Origin: Planctomycetota bacterium
Lineage (GTDB): Bacteria; Planctomycetota; UBA8108; SXIK01
Assembly: GCA_965223845.1 (NCBI GenBank)
Contig: CBDCXR010000004.1
Coordinates: forward strand, 2,976,001-3,040,000
Reading direction: 5' to 3'
Length of the DNA stretch: 64,000 bases
Below the pieces are notes generated by a model that worked only from the letters and a program-made list of their open reading frames with translations, searched no databases and was not told the origin of the DNA. A program made the position numbers and the translations under genes. How positions within the stretch are numbered: the first letter of the stretch is position 1; every line of letters begins with the position of its first letter. Below are positions 39,992-49,474 of the stretch, piece by piece.

Positions 39992-42900
39992 CGCGCTTCG
40001 TCCTCCTTCGAAGTCGAGCCCGCTTTCGGCAGCGGAACCTGCTCCGTTTCCCGCAGGTACGCGACGAGATCGAGCACCTCGCGGTCGCTCAAAGAATCGA
40101 GAAGCCCTTCGGGCATCATCGAAACTTCGTCCAGCTCGCGCGAAGCGATATCGGATTTGGCGATGGGCACGGGCTCCGGCTCACCCGCGACCCAAAGCTT
40201 GATCTGCCGCTCGTTCTCGTCCGCCAAGATTCCCGAATAGAGCCGTCCCTCGTGCGTGAAGACCAGGACCATGCGGTAGTCGTCCTGAATCACTTCGCTC
40301 GGCGTAATCACGTTCCCGAGAACGTACGTAAGATCCGTGCGGTTCGCGCCGGTGAGATCCGGACCGACACGACCGCCGTTTCCGTAGAGCAGATGGCACG
40401 GTGCGCAGGTTTTCTCGAAGACGACGCGACCGCGACTCGCATCCGCCGTACGGATCGCGTCCTCGGTGAGAAGAGCCCGGTACTTCGCGAGGCGCGAGGC
40501 CTGCTCGGCCGGGAGCGCCTCGACCGGCCCCCAAACCTCGACGAAACCGCTTCCGACGACGCGCCGAAGCTGCCGAGCTATATACGCAGGGACGTCACGG
40601 CGCGGAATGGCCCCGCTGCGAATGACCTGCGTGAGCTTCCATCCCGAGCGCGAACGCGAGGCGAGAGTCTGAACGGCTTCGAGCTTCTCGTCCGCGTCGA
40701 ACGTCGCGTAGCGCTCGAGGAGAGCGTCCGCGTAGCGTTCCTCGTCGAACACGGCGAGAGCACGAATCGCGTCGCGCCGGATCGCTGCGTCATCGAGAAG
40801 CGAAAGGAGTTGGGAGCGAAGCGCCGGCAGACGCTGCTGAGCGAGCGCACGCAGAGCCCGGCGGCGCTCCTCGGGCCCTTTCGTCGCATCGCGGAGCGTC
40901 GCGAGCCGAGCTTCCGCCGCCGCGTTGTCTCCGAACTGCTGTGCGAGATCGACGCTCAACCGCCTGACTTCGGGCTCGGCACTCGATCGCAGACGCTCGT
41001 AGGCCGCCGGCCACTCCGCCGGAGCGACGACATCGTAGCGACGGTCGAGACCATCGCGGAGACCGCGCAGGAGGTCGCGCTGAGCTCCACTCGCATCGCC
41101 GAGCGCCGCGACGACAGCGCCAAACTCGCCGGCGTCGGCGAGTCGACGAGCGATGTGGCGCGCGACGAGCGGAATCTTGCTCGCAAGGGCGAGACGCACC
41201 GCGCGGGCGGGGCTTCCGGCGACGAGAGGCTCGACGCCGAACCAAATCATCTTCGGGATGTTGTGGTCGTTCGCGTCTTCTCCGTGCGCGACGAGAGCCG
41301 ATGCGATCGGCCACCGGTCGTCCGTTGCGACACGTTGAAGCGCAGCCGCGAGATAGAGACGGACCACCGCGGAATCGTCGCCCCGCGCCACCGCGACGAA
41401 TCGGTCGAGCGCGGGCCGCGGCGGCGAATGATCCTCGCAGAGGAGCTGAATCGCCCACGCTCGGATGTAGGGATCGGGATCAGCGAGCGCCTCCGTAAGC
41501 GCCTCGGTAGAGAGTGCGCCGATCACGTGGAGCGCCCACATCGCGCGCAGTCGGTAGCTGAATCCATCGCGCGCCGCCAACATTCCGCGGAGGATTTCGA
41601 CCGCCTGCGAGTCGATCGTTCTTTTCGTCGCTCGACCCTGAAGCAGCAGTCGCGCGCGACGGGCGTGCCACGCGCTTCGGCGTCCCTGCACCTGGGCCAG
41701 ATCGGTATCGCTCTTCGTGTTCAGGTCGTCGTAGCGCCCCGGCCAATCGACGGCTTTCGACTCCGCCGGCACGATGCGGTAGACGCGTCCCGTGTCCTTC
41801 TGAAGGACGTCCTTCCCGCAGATATCGGCGTCGTGCCAATCGAGTACGTAGACCGCTCCTTCCGGCCCGATCTCCGTACTGAACCCGATCCACTGCGCGT
41901 TGTTGGCGAGGAGAAAGTCATCTCCGTGGCGCCCGACGAATCCAGAGCCGCGCGGCTCCAGGATGTCGGTGAGGACGGCGTGCTCGTGAATGTTCGCCAT
42001 GAACAGACGGCCGTGATACTTCTCCGGAAACGCGTCGGAGAGATACACGCGAGCACCGCCGTGCGCCGACCGGTGACGGTGATCCGCAATCGTTCGTATG
42101 TCGCTGTAGACGTACGGACTAAAGTGGCGTCCGCCCTGACGGTGATAGATCCCGCCCGGAATCACGTGCCAGAGATGCGGGATCACGCACGCGGTGATGA
42201 AGAGCTGCCCGTTCGCGTCGAAGTCGATCCCCCACGGATTGCTGAAGCCGTGCGCGACGACCTCGAACCGATCCTTCGTGGGGTGGTAGCGCCACACTCC
42301 ACCGTTGATATCGACGGGTTCGTCTGCGAACTCGATCTTCTTTGGGAACGGCTCGCGGTGCTTGTAGAGGCGCCCCTTCCCCTTGGGCTTCCCAACACGC
42401 GACGGCGTCGCGAACCCCTGGCAGCCGTAGAGCCAGCCGTCCGGGCCCCAGTGAAAGCTGTTGAGCGTCTCGTGGCGGTCGCGAATTCCCCAGCCGGTGA
42501 GCCTCACCTCGATGCCGTCTCGATCGGCGACATCATCGCGATCGCGATCCGGCACGAAGAGGAGATTCGGTGGCGCACCGAGCCAGAGTCCGTCGAAGCC
42601 TACCGCGATGGCGGCGGGAAACGGGATTCCGTCGAGAAAGACTTTCCGCGAGTCCGCGACACCGTCGCGATTCGTGTCTTCGAGGATGAGGATTCGGCTG
42701 TCGCCCGAGTTCGAGAATCCACCGCCGCGGCTCTCGTAGTCGCGATTCTCCGCGATCCACATGCGCCCGCGGTCGTCCCAGCAGAACGCCATCGGTTGTG
42801 TGATCATCGGCTCGGACGCGTACGCGTTCACCGCGAATCCGTCCGTGACGGTCATCGCTGCGACCGCTTCCTCGGCGTTCAGAAACTTCGCCTCGCGGCC

Positions 42901-43923
42901 TTCGCGCTGCGCGAGTCCCCAGAGCGCCCAAGTGCCGCCTTGTCCGCTGAACCTAGTCCACCGCGTCGTGAGCTCGGCGTCGTTCAGCTCACCGGTGTAG
43001 ACGAGGAGGCGATGGCGCACGACCGCGCGGCGTCCCTTCTCGATCTTCCAGTCGCCGAGACGCGCCCGCACGGGCCCCACGCCCATCTGCCCGTCGACTC
43101 GCCACGGCTGCGGATAGCCCGAGTTTCTCGAGTGATCAAAGATCGCGATGTGCGCGAGGTCGTCTCTCCCCTCGACCTTCATGCCGACGTCGAGCCACGG
43201 TGCACGCTGGCCTTCGGCGCGGGCGTCTCGTTGCCGCGCCGTGTTGACCACGGCGCCCTCGATTCCTCGGCGCCACGGCATCCGCAGAAAGAGTCCACCG
43301 TAGTCGTAACGCGCGATCGTCACGTCCGTCCGCGCCTCGCCCACCCACTCGAGATCGAGAACGTACTCCTCTCCCTGATCGCGCATCGACCACGTCTGCG
43401 TCTCGGTGAGGACGGTGTTTCCCTTCTCGTCGAGCAGATCGTAGACCGTGCGCCAGCGCACCTCGTCGACGGGTGCCTCGCCGCCGCCTTGAACGATGTC
43501 CGCGGCGATCCGGCGCCAATGCGTTCCCTCCGGATGGTGAAAGTAATCGCGTCCGTTGAGACGCGTGAATCCCCAGTAGAGTCCAGTCTGGTGGCGATGA
43601 TGAGACGGACTGTACTCGGTGAGCACCCCCTTCCCGTCGGGAGCCACGATCGGGTGAACATACGGGCGGAAATCCGCGCGCGCGTGCTGGGTGAGGATCG
43701 GCTCCTCCGCCCCCGGGCGGTAGACGGCGATCGTCTGCTTCTCTTCGTCCTCCACGAGCCGGAGGGGATCCGCCCACGCAGAGGGAAACCCGAACGCGCA
43801 CGCGAGCATCGCCGCGAGGATCCAGGAGTTGACACGACCGAAGCTCGCCGCTCGATCGGTCGAATGAACGCAAGCGTCGCTCGCGCTGAACCGGTCTGGG
43901 TTTCGACCAGAACTCAATGCCAT
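39988..43923 (-). CDS. DUF6807 (PmoA-named) domain fused to a PVC-type heme-binding CxxCH protein
   Basis: RPYVHP...HHRHQTGLYWG...YGGLFLR (DUF6807); YASEPMITQP..WDDRGRMW, HETLNS..WGPDGWLY, SNPWG (propeller); HEAT repeats; CAPCH...GPDLT...SMMPEGL. Confidence 0.87.
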   Translation of the reverse strand: MALSSGRNPDRFSASDACVHSTDRAASFGRVNSWILAAMLACAFGFPSAWADPLRLVEDEEKQTIAVYRPGAEEPILTQHARADFRPYVHPIVAPDGKGVLTEYSPSHHRHQTGLYWGFTRLNGRDYFHHPEGTHWRRIAADIVQGGGEAPVDEVRWRTVYDLLDEKGNTVLTETQTWSMRDQGEEYVLDLEWVGEARTDVTIARYDYGGLFLRMPWRRGIEGAVVNTARQRDARAEGQRAPWLDVGMKVEGRDDLAHIAIFDHSRNSGYPQPWRVDGQMGVGPVRARLGDWKIEKGRRAVVRHRLLVYTGELNDAELTTRWTRFSGQGGTWALWGLAQREGREAKFLNAEEAVAAMTVTDGFAVNAYASEPMITQPMAFCWDDRGRMWIAENRDYESRGGGFSNSGDSRILILEDTNRDGVADSRKVFLDGIPFPAAIAVGFDGLWLGAPPNLLFVPDRDRDDVADRDGIEVRLTGWGIRDRHETLNSFHWGPDGWLYGCQGFATPSRVGKPKGKGRLYKHREPFPKKIEFADEPVDINGGVWRYHPTKDRFEVVAHGFSNPWGIDFDANGQLFITACVIPHLWHVIPGGIYHRQGGRHFSPYVYSDIRTIADHRHRSAHGGARVYLSDAFPEKYHGRLFMANIHEHAVLTDILEPRGSGFVGRHGDDFLLANNAQWIGFSTEIGPEGAVYVLDWHDADICGKDVLQKDTGRVYRIVPAESKAVDWPGRYDDLNTKSDTDLAQVQGRRSAWHARRARLLLQGRATKRTIDSQAVEILRGMLAARDGFSYRLRAMWALHVIGALSTEALTEALADPDPYIRAWAIQLLCEDHSPPRPALDRFVAVARGDDSAVVRLYLAAALQRVATDDRWPIASALVAHGEDANDHNIPKMIWFGVEPLVAGSPARAVRLALASKIPLVARHIARRLADAGEFGAVVAALGDASGAQRDLLRGLRDGLDRRYDVVAPAEWPAAYERLRSSAEPEVRRLSVDLAQQFGDNAAAEARLATLRDATKGPEERRRALRALAQQRLPALRSQLLSLLDDAAIRRDAIRALAVFDEERYADALLERYATFDADEKLEAVQTLASRSRSGWKLTQVIRSGAIPRRDVPAYIARQLRRVVGSGFVEVWGPVEALPAEQASRLAKYRALLTEDAIRTADASRGRVVFEKTCAPCHLLYGNGGRVGPDLTGANRTDLTYVLGNVITPSEVIQDDYRMVLVFTHEGRLYSGILADENERQIKLWVAGEPEPVPIAKSDIASRELDEVSMMPEGLLDSLSDREVLDLVAYLRETEQVPLPKAGSTSKEDEAR

Positions 43924-43983
43924 CCGTTTCTACTCCGATTCGACTCTGGGGATTTCTGCCGTCGCGTTGGCGCGCTGCTCGCG

Positions 43984-46437
43984 TTAACGGGCGAGCGATA
44001 AGCAGTACAGTTTGGATGCCGTCCGAATGAACAACCTTCCGCGGCTCACCGCCGGCGTCGCCATGCAGAGCTCATCCAACCGATTCGTGTGAAGGAGCTC
44101 GAAGCCCGGCCCGGCGCTCACAACGTGAGTATCGCCGTCCTCGGTCAGGCAAAAAATGCGACCGTTGTAGGCCCAAGGGGACGACGTGAACGTGGATCCC
44201 GACGGAAATCGCCTCTTCCCGTAGATCTCCTCTCCGGTCGCCGCGTCGTGGCACGTCATGAAACCTCGATCGAGAACGGTGTGGTACCGTCCCCGGTAGA
44301 CGATGGGCGATGTGTTGTACGGCCCCGCCTTCGGCTGGTACCACTTCGTGACGCCCTTCGCCGGGCCGGGCTCCGCGCCGCTGACATCCCCTGTGGCTCC
44401 CGGTCGCACCGCATACACCGGGCGGTGCCGGTCGCCGACGTACCCGGAGGTGATGTACACCATGCCCTCGCTCGACAGCGGCGACGGGATGACGAGATTC
44501 GACATCGCTCCGTCGAACTCCCAGAGGACCGCTCCGCCGAGATCGTACGAGCGGTTCTTCCTCTTCCCGGGAACGACGAGCTCCGTGCGGAGGTCGTTCT
44601 TCCACACGAGCGGCGTCGCCCAAGTTGACTTCTCCTCGCGCGGTGTCCGCCATCGCTCCGCACCCGTCTCCGCGTCGTAGGCCGCGACGTACGACGCCTC
44701 CTGATTGTCGTACACCATGAACACCTGGCCATCGTGGACGACGGGGGACGCCGCCGCGCCGTAGTCGTAGAACGTCGATTTCGGCTCGATCCGTTGCGAC
44801 CACACCGCGTTCCCGTCGAGGTCATAGGCGTAGAGCCCGACGTCGCCGAAGAGAACGTAGAGACGCTCTCCGTCCGTCGCCGGAGTCTCCGACGCAAAGG
44901 TGCTCTTCGGATGTCGGGGCGAGCGCGGGTGATCGCGATGCGCTTCGCGCGACCAGCGGAGATCGCCCGTTTCCGCGTGGTACGAACGAACGACCCAGCG
45001 GTGGAGTCCGTCGGGAAGCTCCTTTCGTCCGCGGCCGAGGTAGAGGCCCTTCTTCGGCTTCGCGTACTCTCCGTCGCTTTCGACGCTGGCGACGAACACC
45101 TGATCCCCCCACACGACGGGAGACGCCCAACCCCAGCCGGGGACATCCGCCTTCCACGCGACGTTTTCCGTCGTGCTCCAGCGCTCCGGGAGCCGCGGAT
45201 CGTCGCGAGCGACTCCCGTCCCGTTCGCACCGCGAAAGCGCGGCCAGTTCCCGTCGGCGTCGGCCGTCGTCTCCGTCGCCGCCGGCGTGCCGAATCCGAT
45301 CGGAGCGATCTCGACCCAGGCTGGACCGGCCGACGTCGGATGCACATCGACGCGTGCGAGCGCGCCGCTCGCTGCGTCGCGCCGGTACACGGTGAGGTCG
45401 TTCGACCGCTGCCCGGCCGCGACGACCCATCCCTCGTCCGGCGAAAGGTTGAACGAGCGTGGAGTGTCGCCGGTCGAGAACTGACCGACCGCGCGCAGCT
45501 CGCCGCTTTCCGGGTCCGTCGCGAACGCGGCGATGCTGTTGTGTCCCCGATTCGACGCGTAGACGAAGCGTCCGTCGCTCGTGATCTCGATATCCGCGCA
45601 GGTGTTTCGCTCGGCGAAACCATCGGGCAGCGTCGAGACCGTCTGGACGGGTTCTACGTGACCTCGCTCCGGATCGTAGCGGTATGCAGTGACGCTCGAG
45701 CCTCGCTCGTCGTCGAAGTAGACGACATCGAGCGCCGGGTGGAACGCGAGATGTCGCGGTTCGAGTCCATCGGCAGGACGAACGATCGCTGGGTCGTTCG
45801 CGCTCAGCGTTCCTGTGTCGGCGTCGAAACGAAATTGATACACCGCATTCGGACAGGTGTGCGGCACGAGAGCGAATCGGTTCGTCCGATCCGGGAGGAT
45901 CGCGTGCGCGCAGCGTTCGGTGTCGATCACGCTCACCGCGGCGCCGATCGCACCGTCCGGTTCGATCGCGTGGGTCGAGACCTTGCCCTCGCCGTACGAC
46001 GCGGCGAGAAGCCACCGTCCCGTGCGGTCGGTGGCGATATAGGCCGCGTTCGACTCGATCGAAGTCAGGCGCAACAGCTCGAGGTCTCCGCTCGCGCGAT
46101 CCCGCCTAAACGCCGCCACGCTCCTCGCAGCGCGCACCGCGACGTAGAGACGGTCGTCGAGAGCGTGGCGACACTGCGGTCCCGGTGCACCCGGAAGCGC
46201 GATCTTCGTCCGCTCGACGAGGGCGCCCGATCCGAGGTCGAGCTCGTAGTGGACGAGCTGGTTCGCCTTCGCCGCGGAGACGTAGACGGCGGCACGCTCA
46301 TCCGCGGCGGCAACGCGCGCTGCGTAAGGAGCCATCGCGAGTAGCGAGAGCGCGGAATAGAGCGCAGCACGCGACGCACTGATCACGGCGCTCGTTCGTC
46401 TACGGCGAACGCGCGCCCGAAAGAGTCTAACTAGCAT
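43984..46437 (-). CDS. Lactonase (6-phosphogluconolactonase-like propeller) fused to a PQQ-like/BamB-type beta-propeller
   Basis: AASYGEG, AHAI, PRHLAFHP, ADIEIT.DGRFVYASNRGHNS, TPRSF; then NWPRFRG..G.G, WASPVVWGD, ASETPATDG, WATP, SSPW, MATPA. Start probably ATG 46437. Confidence 0.85.
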   Translation of the reverse strand: MLVRLFRARVRRRRTSAVISASRAALYSALSLLAMAPYAARVAAADERAAVYVSAAKANQLVHYELDLGSGALVERTKIALPGAPGPQCRHALDDRLYVAVRAARSVAAFRRDRASGDLELLRLTSIESNAAYIATDRTGRWLLAASYGEGKVSTHAIEPDGAIGAAVSVIDTERCAHAILPDRTNRFALVPHTCPNAVYQFRFDADTGTLSANDPAIVRPADGLEPRHLAFHPALDVVYFDDERGSSVTAYRYDPERGHVEPVQTVSTLPDGFAERNTCADIEITSDGRFVYASNRGHNSIAAFATDPESGELRAVGQFSTGDTPRSFNLSPDEGWVVAAGQRSNDLTVYRRDAASGALARVDVHPTSAGPAWVEIAPIGFGTPAATETTADADGNWPRFRGANGTGVARDDPRLPERWSTTENVAWKADVPGWGWASPVVWGDQVFVASVESDGEYAKPKKGLYLGRGRKELPDGLHRWVVRSYHAETGDLRWSREAHRDHPRSPRHPKSTFASETPATDGERLYVLFGDVGLYAYDLDGNAVWSQRIEPKSTFYDYGAAASPVVHDGQVFMVYDNQEASYVAAYDAETGAERWRTPREEKSTWATPLVWKNDLRTELVVPGKRKNRSYDLGGAVLWEFDGAMSNLVIPSPLSSEGMVYITSGYVGDRHRPVYAVRPGATGDVSGAEPGPAKGVTKWYQPKAGPYNTSPIVYRGRYHTVLDRGFMTCHDAATGEEIYGKRRFPSGSTFTSSPWAYNGRIFCLTEDGDTHVVSAGPGFELLHTNRLDELCMATPAVSRGRLFIRTASKLYCLSLAR

Positions 46438-46671
46438 CGGAATCTCGTTCGGAGGGAAGCTGGCGATCGTCTCAGTCCGAGCCCAGCGAGTGGCGCGGAT
46501 GGCGTCGCCGTTCCACTCTACCCGAACGCGCCGACAGGGGGACGACAAACCGTCGCCGCGCTGACGCTCCCCTTTCCCTCGCTGCGTTCGGGTACACTGT
46601 GTCGCTCAGTCTCGATCGCCGGTGCAGAAGGACGCACGGCCGCGTCTCAAGCGGGAGGAGGAAACCGTAAC

Positions 46672-47682
46672 GTGGGTGCGCTCGTACTCGAGGAGGCGGA
46701 GCGACCGCTCGTTTGGGTCGACGATCACAGCGTACCGCGACCACGTGAGAACGAGGTGCTCGTCTCGATTCGCGCTGCGGCGCTCAATCGACGGGACGTG
46801 TGGATCACTCGCGGGCTCTACCCCGGGATCGAGCTCCCAGCGGTCCTCGGTTCCGACGGGGCCGGTCTCGTGACCCGCGTCGGTCGGAGCGTGACTCGGG
46901 CCGAACCGGGCGACGAGGTCATCATCGACCCCGCGCTCGATTGGGGTCCGAACGACGCTGTTCCGGGCCGCGAGTTTCGCGTGCTCGGCATGCCGGATGA
47001 CGGAACCTTGGCAACGGAGATCGTTGTTCCGGAAGCCAACGTCCACAAAAAGCCCGCGTATCTTTCCTGGCCGGAAGCGGCGGCGCTCCCCCTCGCCGGC
47101 GTCACCGCGTATCGAGCGCTCTTCACTCGCGGAGGCCTCCGCACCGCAGAGCGAGTTCTCGTGACCGGAATCGGCGGTGGAGTGGCGACGTTCGCTCTTC
47201 AGCTCGCGCTGACGGCGCAAGCCGAGGTGTGGGTCACATCTTCGTCGAGCGACAAGATCGATCGCGCGATCGCGCTCGGCGCGAAGGGCGGTGCACTCTA
47301 CACAGAGGAGGACTGGCCTCGCCGCCTCGAACTCGGCGAGCGAAAGATCGACGTCATCGTCGACGGCGCGGGCGGATCGGGACACGGCGCGCTCGTCGAT
47401 CTCGCCGCGCCCGGGGCGAGGATCGTAAGCTACGGCGCGACCGCAGGTGCGCCGCCCCCGCTCCACCTGTTCAAGCTCTTCTGGCGGCAGCTGAGCGTCC
47501 TCGGATCCACACTGGGTTCGCCGATCGATTTTCTTGCCCTCCTTCGTCTGGCTCGCGTCCACGAGTTTCGACCGGTGATCGACTCCGAGTATCCACTCGT
47601 CGATGGCAACCGAGCCTTCGAGAGGATGGCGACACCCGATCGATTCGGAAAAGTCGTCTTGCTCGCGCCGGAGTCGAGCTGA
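46672..47682 (+). CDS. NAD(P)H:quinone oxidoreductase / MDR (zinc-binding dehydrogenase) family
   Basis: AAALNRRD, LGSDGAG, AAALPLAGVTAYRAL, TGIGGGVA, GSTLG, FGKVVL. Confidence 0.9.
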   Translation: MGALVLEEAERPLVWVDDHSVPRPRENEVLVSIRAAALNRRDVWITRGLYPGIELPAVLGSDGAGLVTRVGRSVTRAEPGDEVIIDPALDWGPNDAVPGREFRVLGMPDDGTLATEIVVPEANVHKKPAYLSWPEAAALPLAGVTAYRALFTRGGLRTAERVLVTGIGGGVATFALQLALTAQAEVWVTSSSSDKIDRAIALGAKGGALYTEEDWPRRLELGERKIDVIVDGAGGSGHGALVDLAAPGARIVSYGATAGAPPPLHLFKLFWRQLSVLGSTLGSPIDFLALLRLARVHEFRPVIDSEYPLVDGNRAFERMATPDRFGKVVLLAPESS

Positions 47683-47721
47683 AAGCAGCGCTCGACAAAT
47701 ATCGAACACATCTCTCAAACG

Positions 47722-48993
47722 ATGAGGATCCCTATGCGCGCTCCCCTCCAATACCGAAAGGCGCTCCTACTCGCGGTGATTCTCGCCGCACCGATCTCGC
47801 TCGTCGCACGCGAGGACAAGGAGAGCGATAGCGACGTCAACTACGACGAAGACAAGATTCCGCACTACGACCTTCCCGCGCTCCTCGTGACATCGGAAGG
47901 ACGGGCGGTCCAATCTGCCGACGAGTGGCGCACGCTCCGGCGTCCGCAGATCCTCACTCTCTTCAGCCATCTCGTCTACGGGACCGTCCCGAGTCCCTCG
48001 AAGCCGATCGAGACGACGTTCGAGGTCGTGACATCGGACGACGAGTTCATGGGCGGGAAGGCGACGCGAAAGGACGTTCGCATCCGCTTTCAAAACGAGA
48101 ACGGCACCGTGGAGATGTTGATTCTCGTGTTCGTCCCAAACGGAGCGACCAAGCCAGTGCCGGCGTTTCTCAAGCACAGCTTCAACAACACAAAATCGCA
48201 CGACTTCGACGCGCATCCGACGAAGCCCGGTCACATCCGGAACGGCTGGCCGCTCGGCGAGTTCTTCGACCGCGGGTACGCTTTTGTCGCCGTATACCAG
48301 CAGGATCTCGTCGGTCACAACGAAGTGAGCTTTCTCGGCCGAACCATCCATCGCCTCTTCTACCGAGACGGTCAGAGCTTTCCGAAAGCGCATGAGTGGG
48401 GAGTCCTCTCGACCGTGGCCTGGGGCGGGAGCCGCGCGCTCGACTACCTCGCAACCGACGCCGCAGTCGATCACACCCGGGTCGCCGTCATGGGCCACTC
48501 GAAAATGGGCAAGGCCGCGCTCTGGACAGCGGCGCGCGACGAGCGATTCGCGCTCGCGATCTCAGCGCAATCCGGGTGCGCCGGCGCCGCGCTCTGGCGC
48601 CGGAAGTCCGGCGAGACGCTGAAAAAGATGGTGACGCGCTTTCCCTATTGGTTGTGCCGAAACGCCTGGAAGTTCGTCGAGCAGGAGGACGACCTTCCCG
48701 TCGACCAGCACATGCTGCTCGCCCTGATGGCGCCGCGTCCGGTGTACGTCGCTAGCGGAATTGAAGACACTTGGGCCGACCCTCGCGGTGAGTACGCGTC
48801 GGCGTATCACGCAGGCGAGGTGTACCGGCTCTTCGGGAAGAAGGCGTTGGGTTCACCCGAACTGCCGCCGATCGGAGAAGCCGTCCTCGATCGTCACGTC
48901 GGATACCACGTTCGGGCGGGCGGTCACTCCGTCGAGCTCTACGATTGGCGGAGGTTTATGGACTTCGCGGATCGGCATCTCAAGCGCGACTAG
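47722..48993 (+). CDS. Exported CE15-like esterase (acetylxylan/glucuronoyl esterase-like)
   Basis: VNYDE..IPHY.LP, WGVLSTVAWG, GHSKMGK, SGCAGA, GETL, LPVDQH, DTWADPRGE, GGH. Confidence 0.85.
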   Translation: MRIPMRAPLQYRKALLLAVILAAPISLVAREDKESDSDVNYDEDKIPHYDLPALLVTSEGRAVQSADEWRTLRRPQILTLFSHLVYGTVPSPSKPIETTFEVVTSDDEFMGGKATRKDVRIRFQNENGTVEMLILVFVPNGATKPVPAFLKHSFNNTKSHDFDAHPTKPGHIRNGWPLGEFFDRGYAFVAVYQQDLVGHNEVSFLGRTIHRLFYRDGQSFPKAHEWGVLSTVAWGGSRALDYLATDAAVDHTRVAVMGHSKMGKAALWTAARDERFALAISAQSGCAGAALWRRKSGETLKKMVTRFPYWLCRNAWKFVEQEDDLPVDQHMLLALMAPRPVYVASGIEDTWADPRGEYASAYHAGEVYRLFGKKALGSPELPPIGEAVLDRHVGYHVRAGGHSVELYDWRRFMDFADRHLKRD

Positions 48994-49012
48994 TGCCTCC
49001 GGCGGGAGATCT

Positions 49013-49051
49013 ACACGAAGGGCGCGAAGGGGGCGCGAAGGAAGAGGAAGG
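49013..49051 (+). repeat. Third copy of the ACACGAAG-NN-CGCGAAG-GGGN-CGCGAAG repeat arm
   Basis: ACACGAAGGGCGCGAAGGGGGCGCGAAGGAAGAGGAAGG matches the arms at 23307 and 23604. Starts 20 nt after a stop codon. Confidence 0.75.
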
Positions 49052-49080
49052 GCGAGAGTGGAGTGAGAGTGCGTGTATGT

Positions 49081-49110
49081 GAAAGAGAAAGAGAAAGAGA
49101 AAGAGAAAGA
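49081..49110 (+). repeat. Hexanucleotide microsatellite (GAAAGA)x5 within a purine-rich tract
   Basis: Five exact copies read directly from the sequence. Confidence 0.9.
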
Positions 49111-49181
49111 GAGAGTGGAGAGAAGAGAGAAGTTTGTGTGCGAGGAGGGACGGGAATCGAGCGACGTCTTCGGCGGGATGT

Positions 49182-49217
49182 GACGCAAACATTCAAGGAG
49201 AACGGCGCAAGGTCTCA
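49182..49217 (+). promoter_or_regulatory. Candidate XylR/AraC-type tandem operator upstream of GH116
   Basis: GACGCAAACATTCAAG-N6-GGCGCAAGGTCTCA; 25/36 identical to 54050-54085; half-sites 22 bp apart. Confidence 0.55.
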
Positions 49218-49474
49218 TGGCGGCGGCGTCCAGTTCGGCCAAGAATTGAGCCGAGCTCCACCGCGAGCAGAGTTCGGGAGCGGCACGGCTTCGCGACGCG
49301 GGTCGTTCGAGGACAGGCGACGGTGCTTTCGCCTCGTGTCGGCCCCCGTTTCCGAGCCGCGTCGAAAGTCCCCGGCTCGAATCGAATCAGAGTTCAGCCC
49401 CGAGACAGGTCCGCGAGACGCGCGGCTGAATCGAGACCGCCCGCTCGCCACAACATTCTTACGAGGCGCACCCG

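Noticed and set aside
42950-43780. Domain often labelled methane oxygenase PmoA
   Set aside because: This is the soluble DUF6807-type domain. It has no TM helices and no pmoB/pmoC context, so it is not evidence of methanotrophy.
40252-44001. 1249-aa ORF on the + strand
   Set aside because: Antisense shadow of the DUF6807-CxxCH gene, with no recognisable domains.
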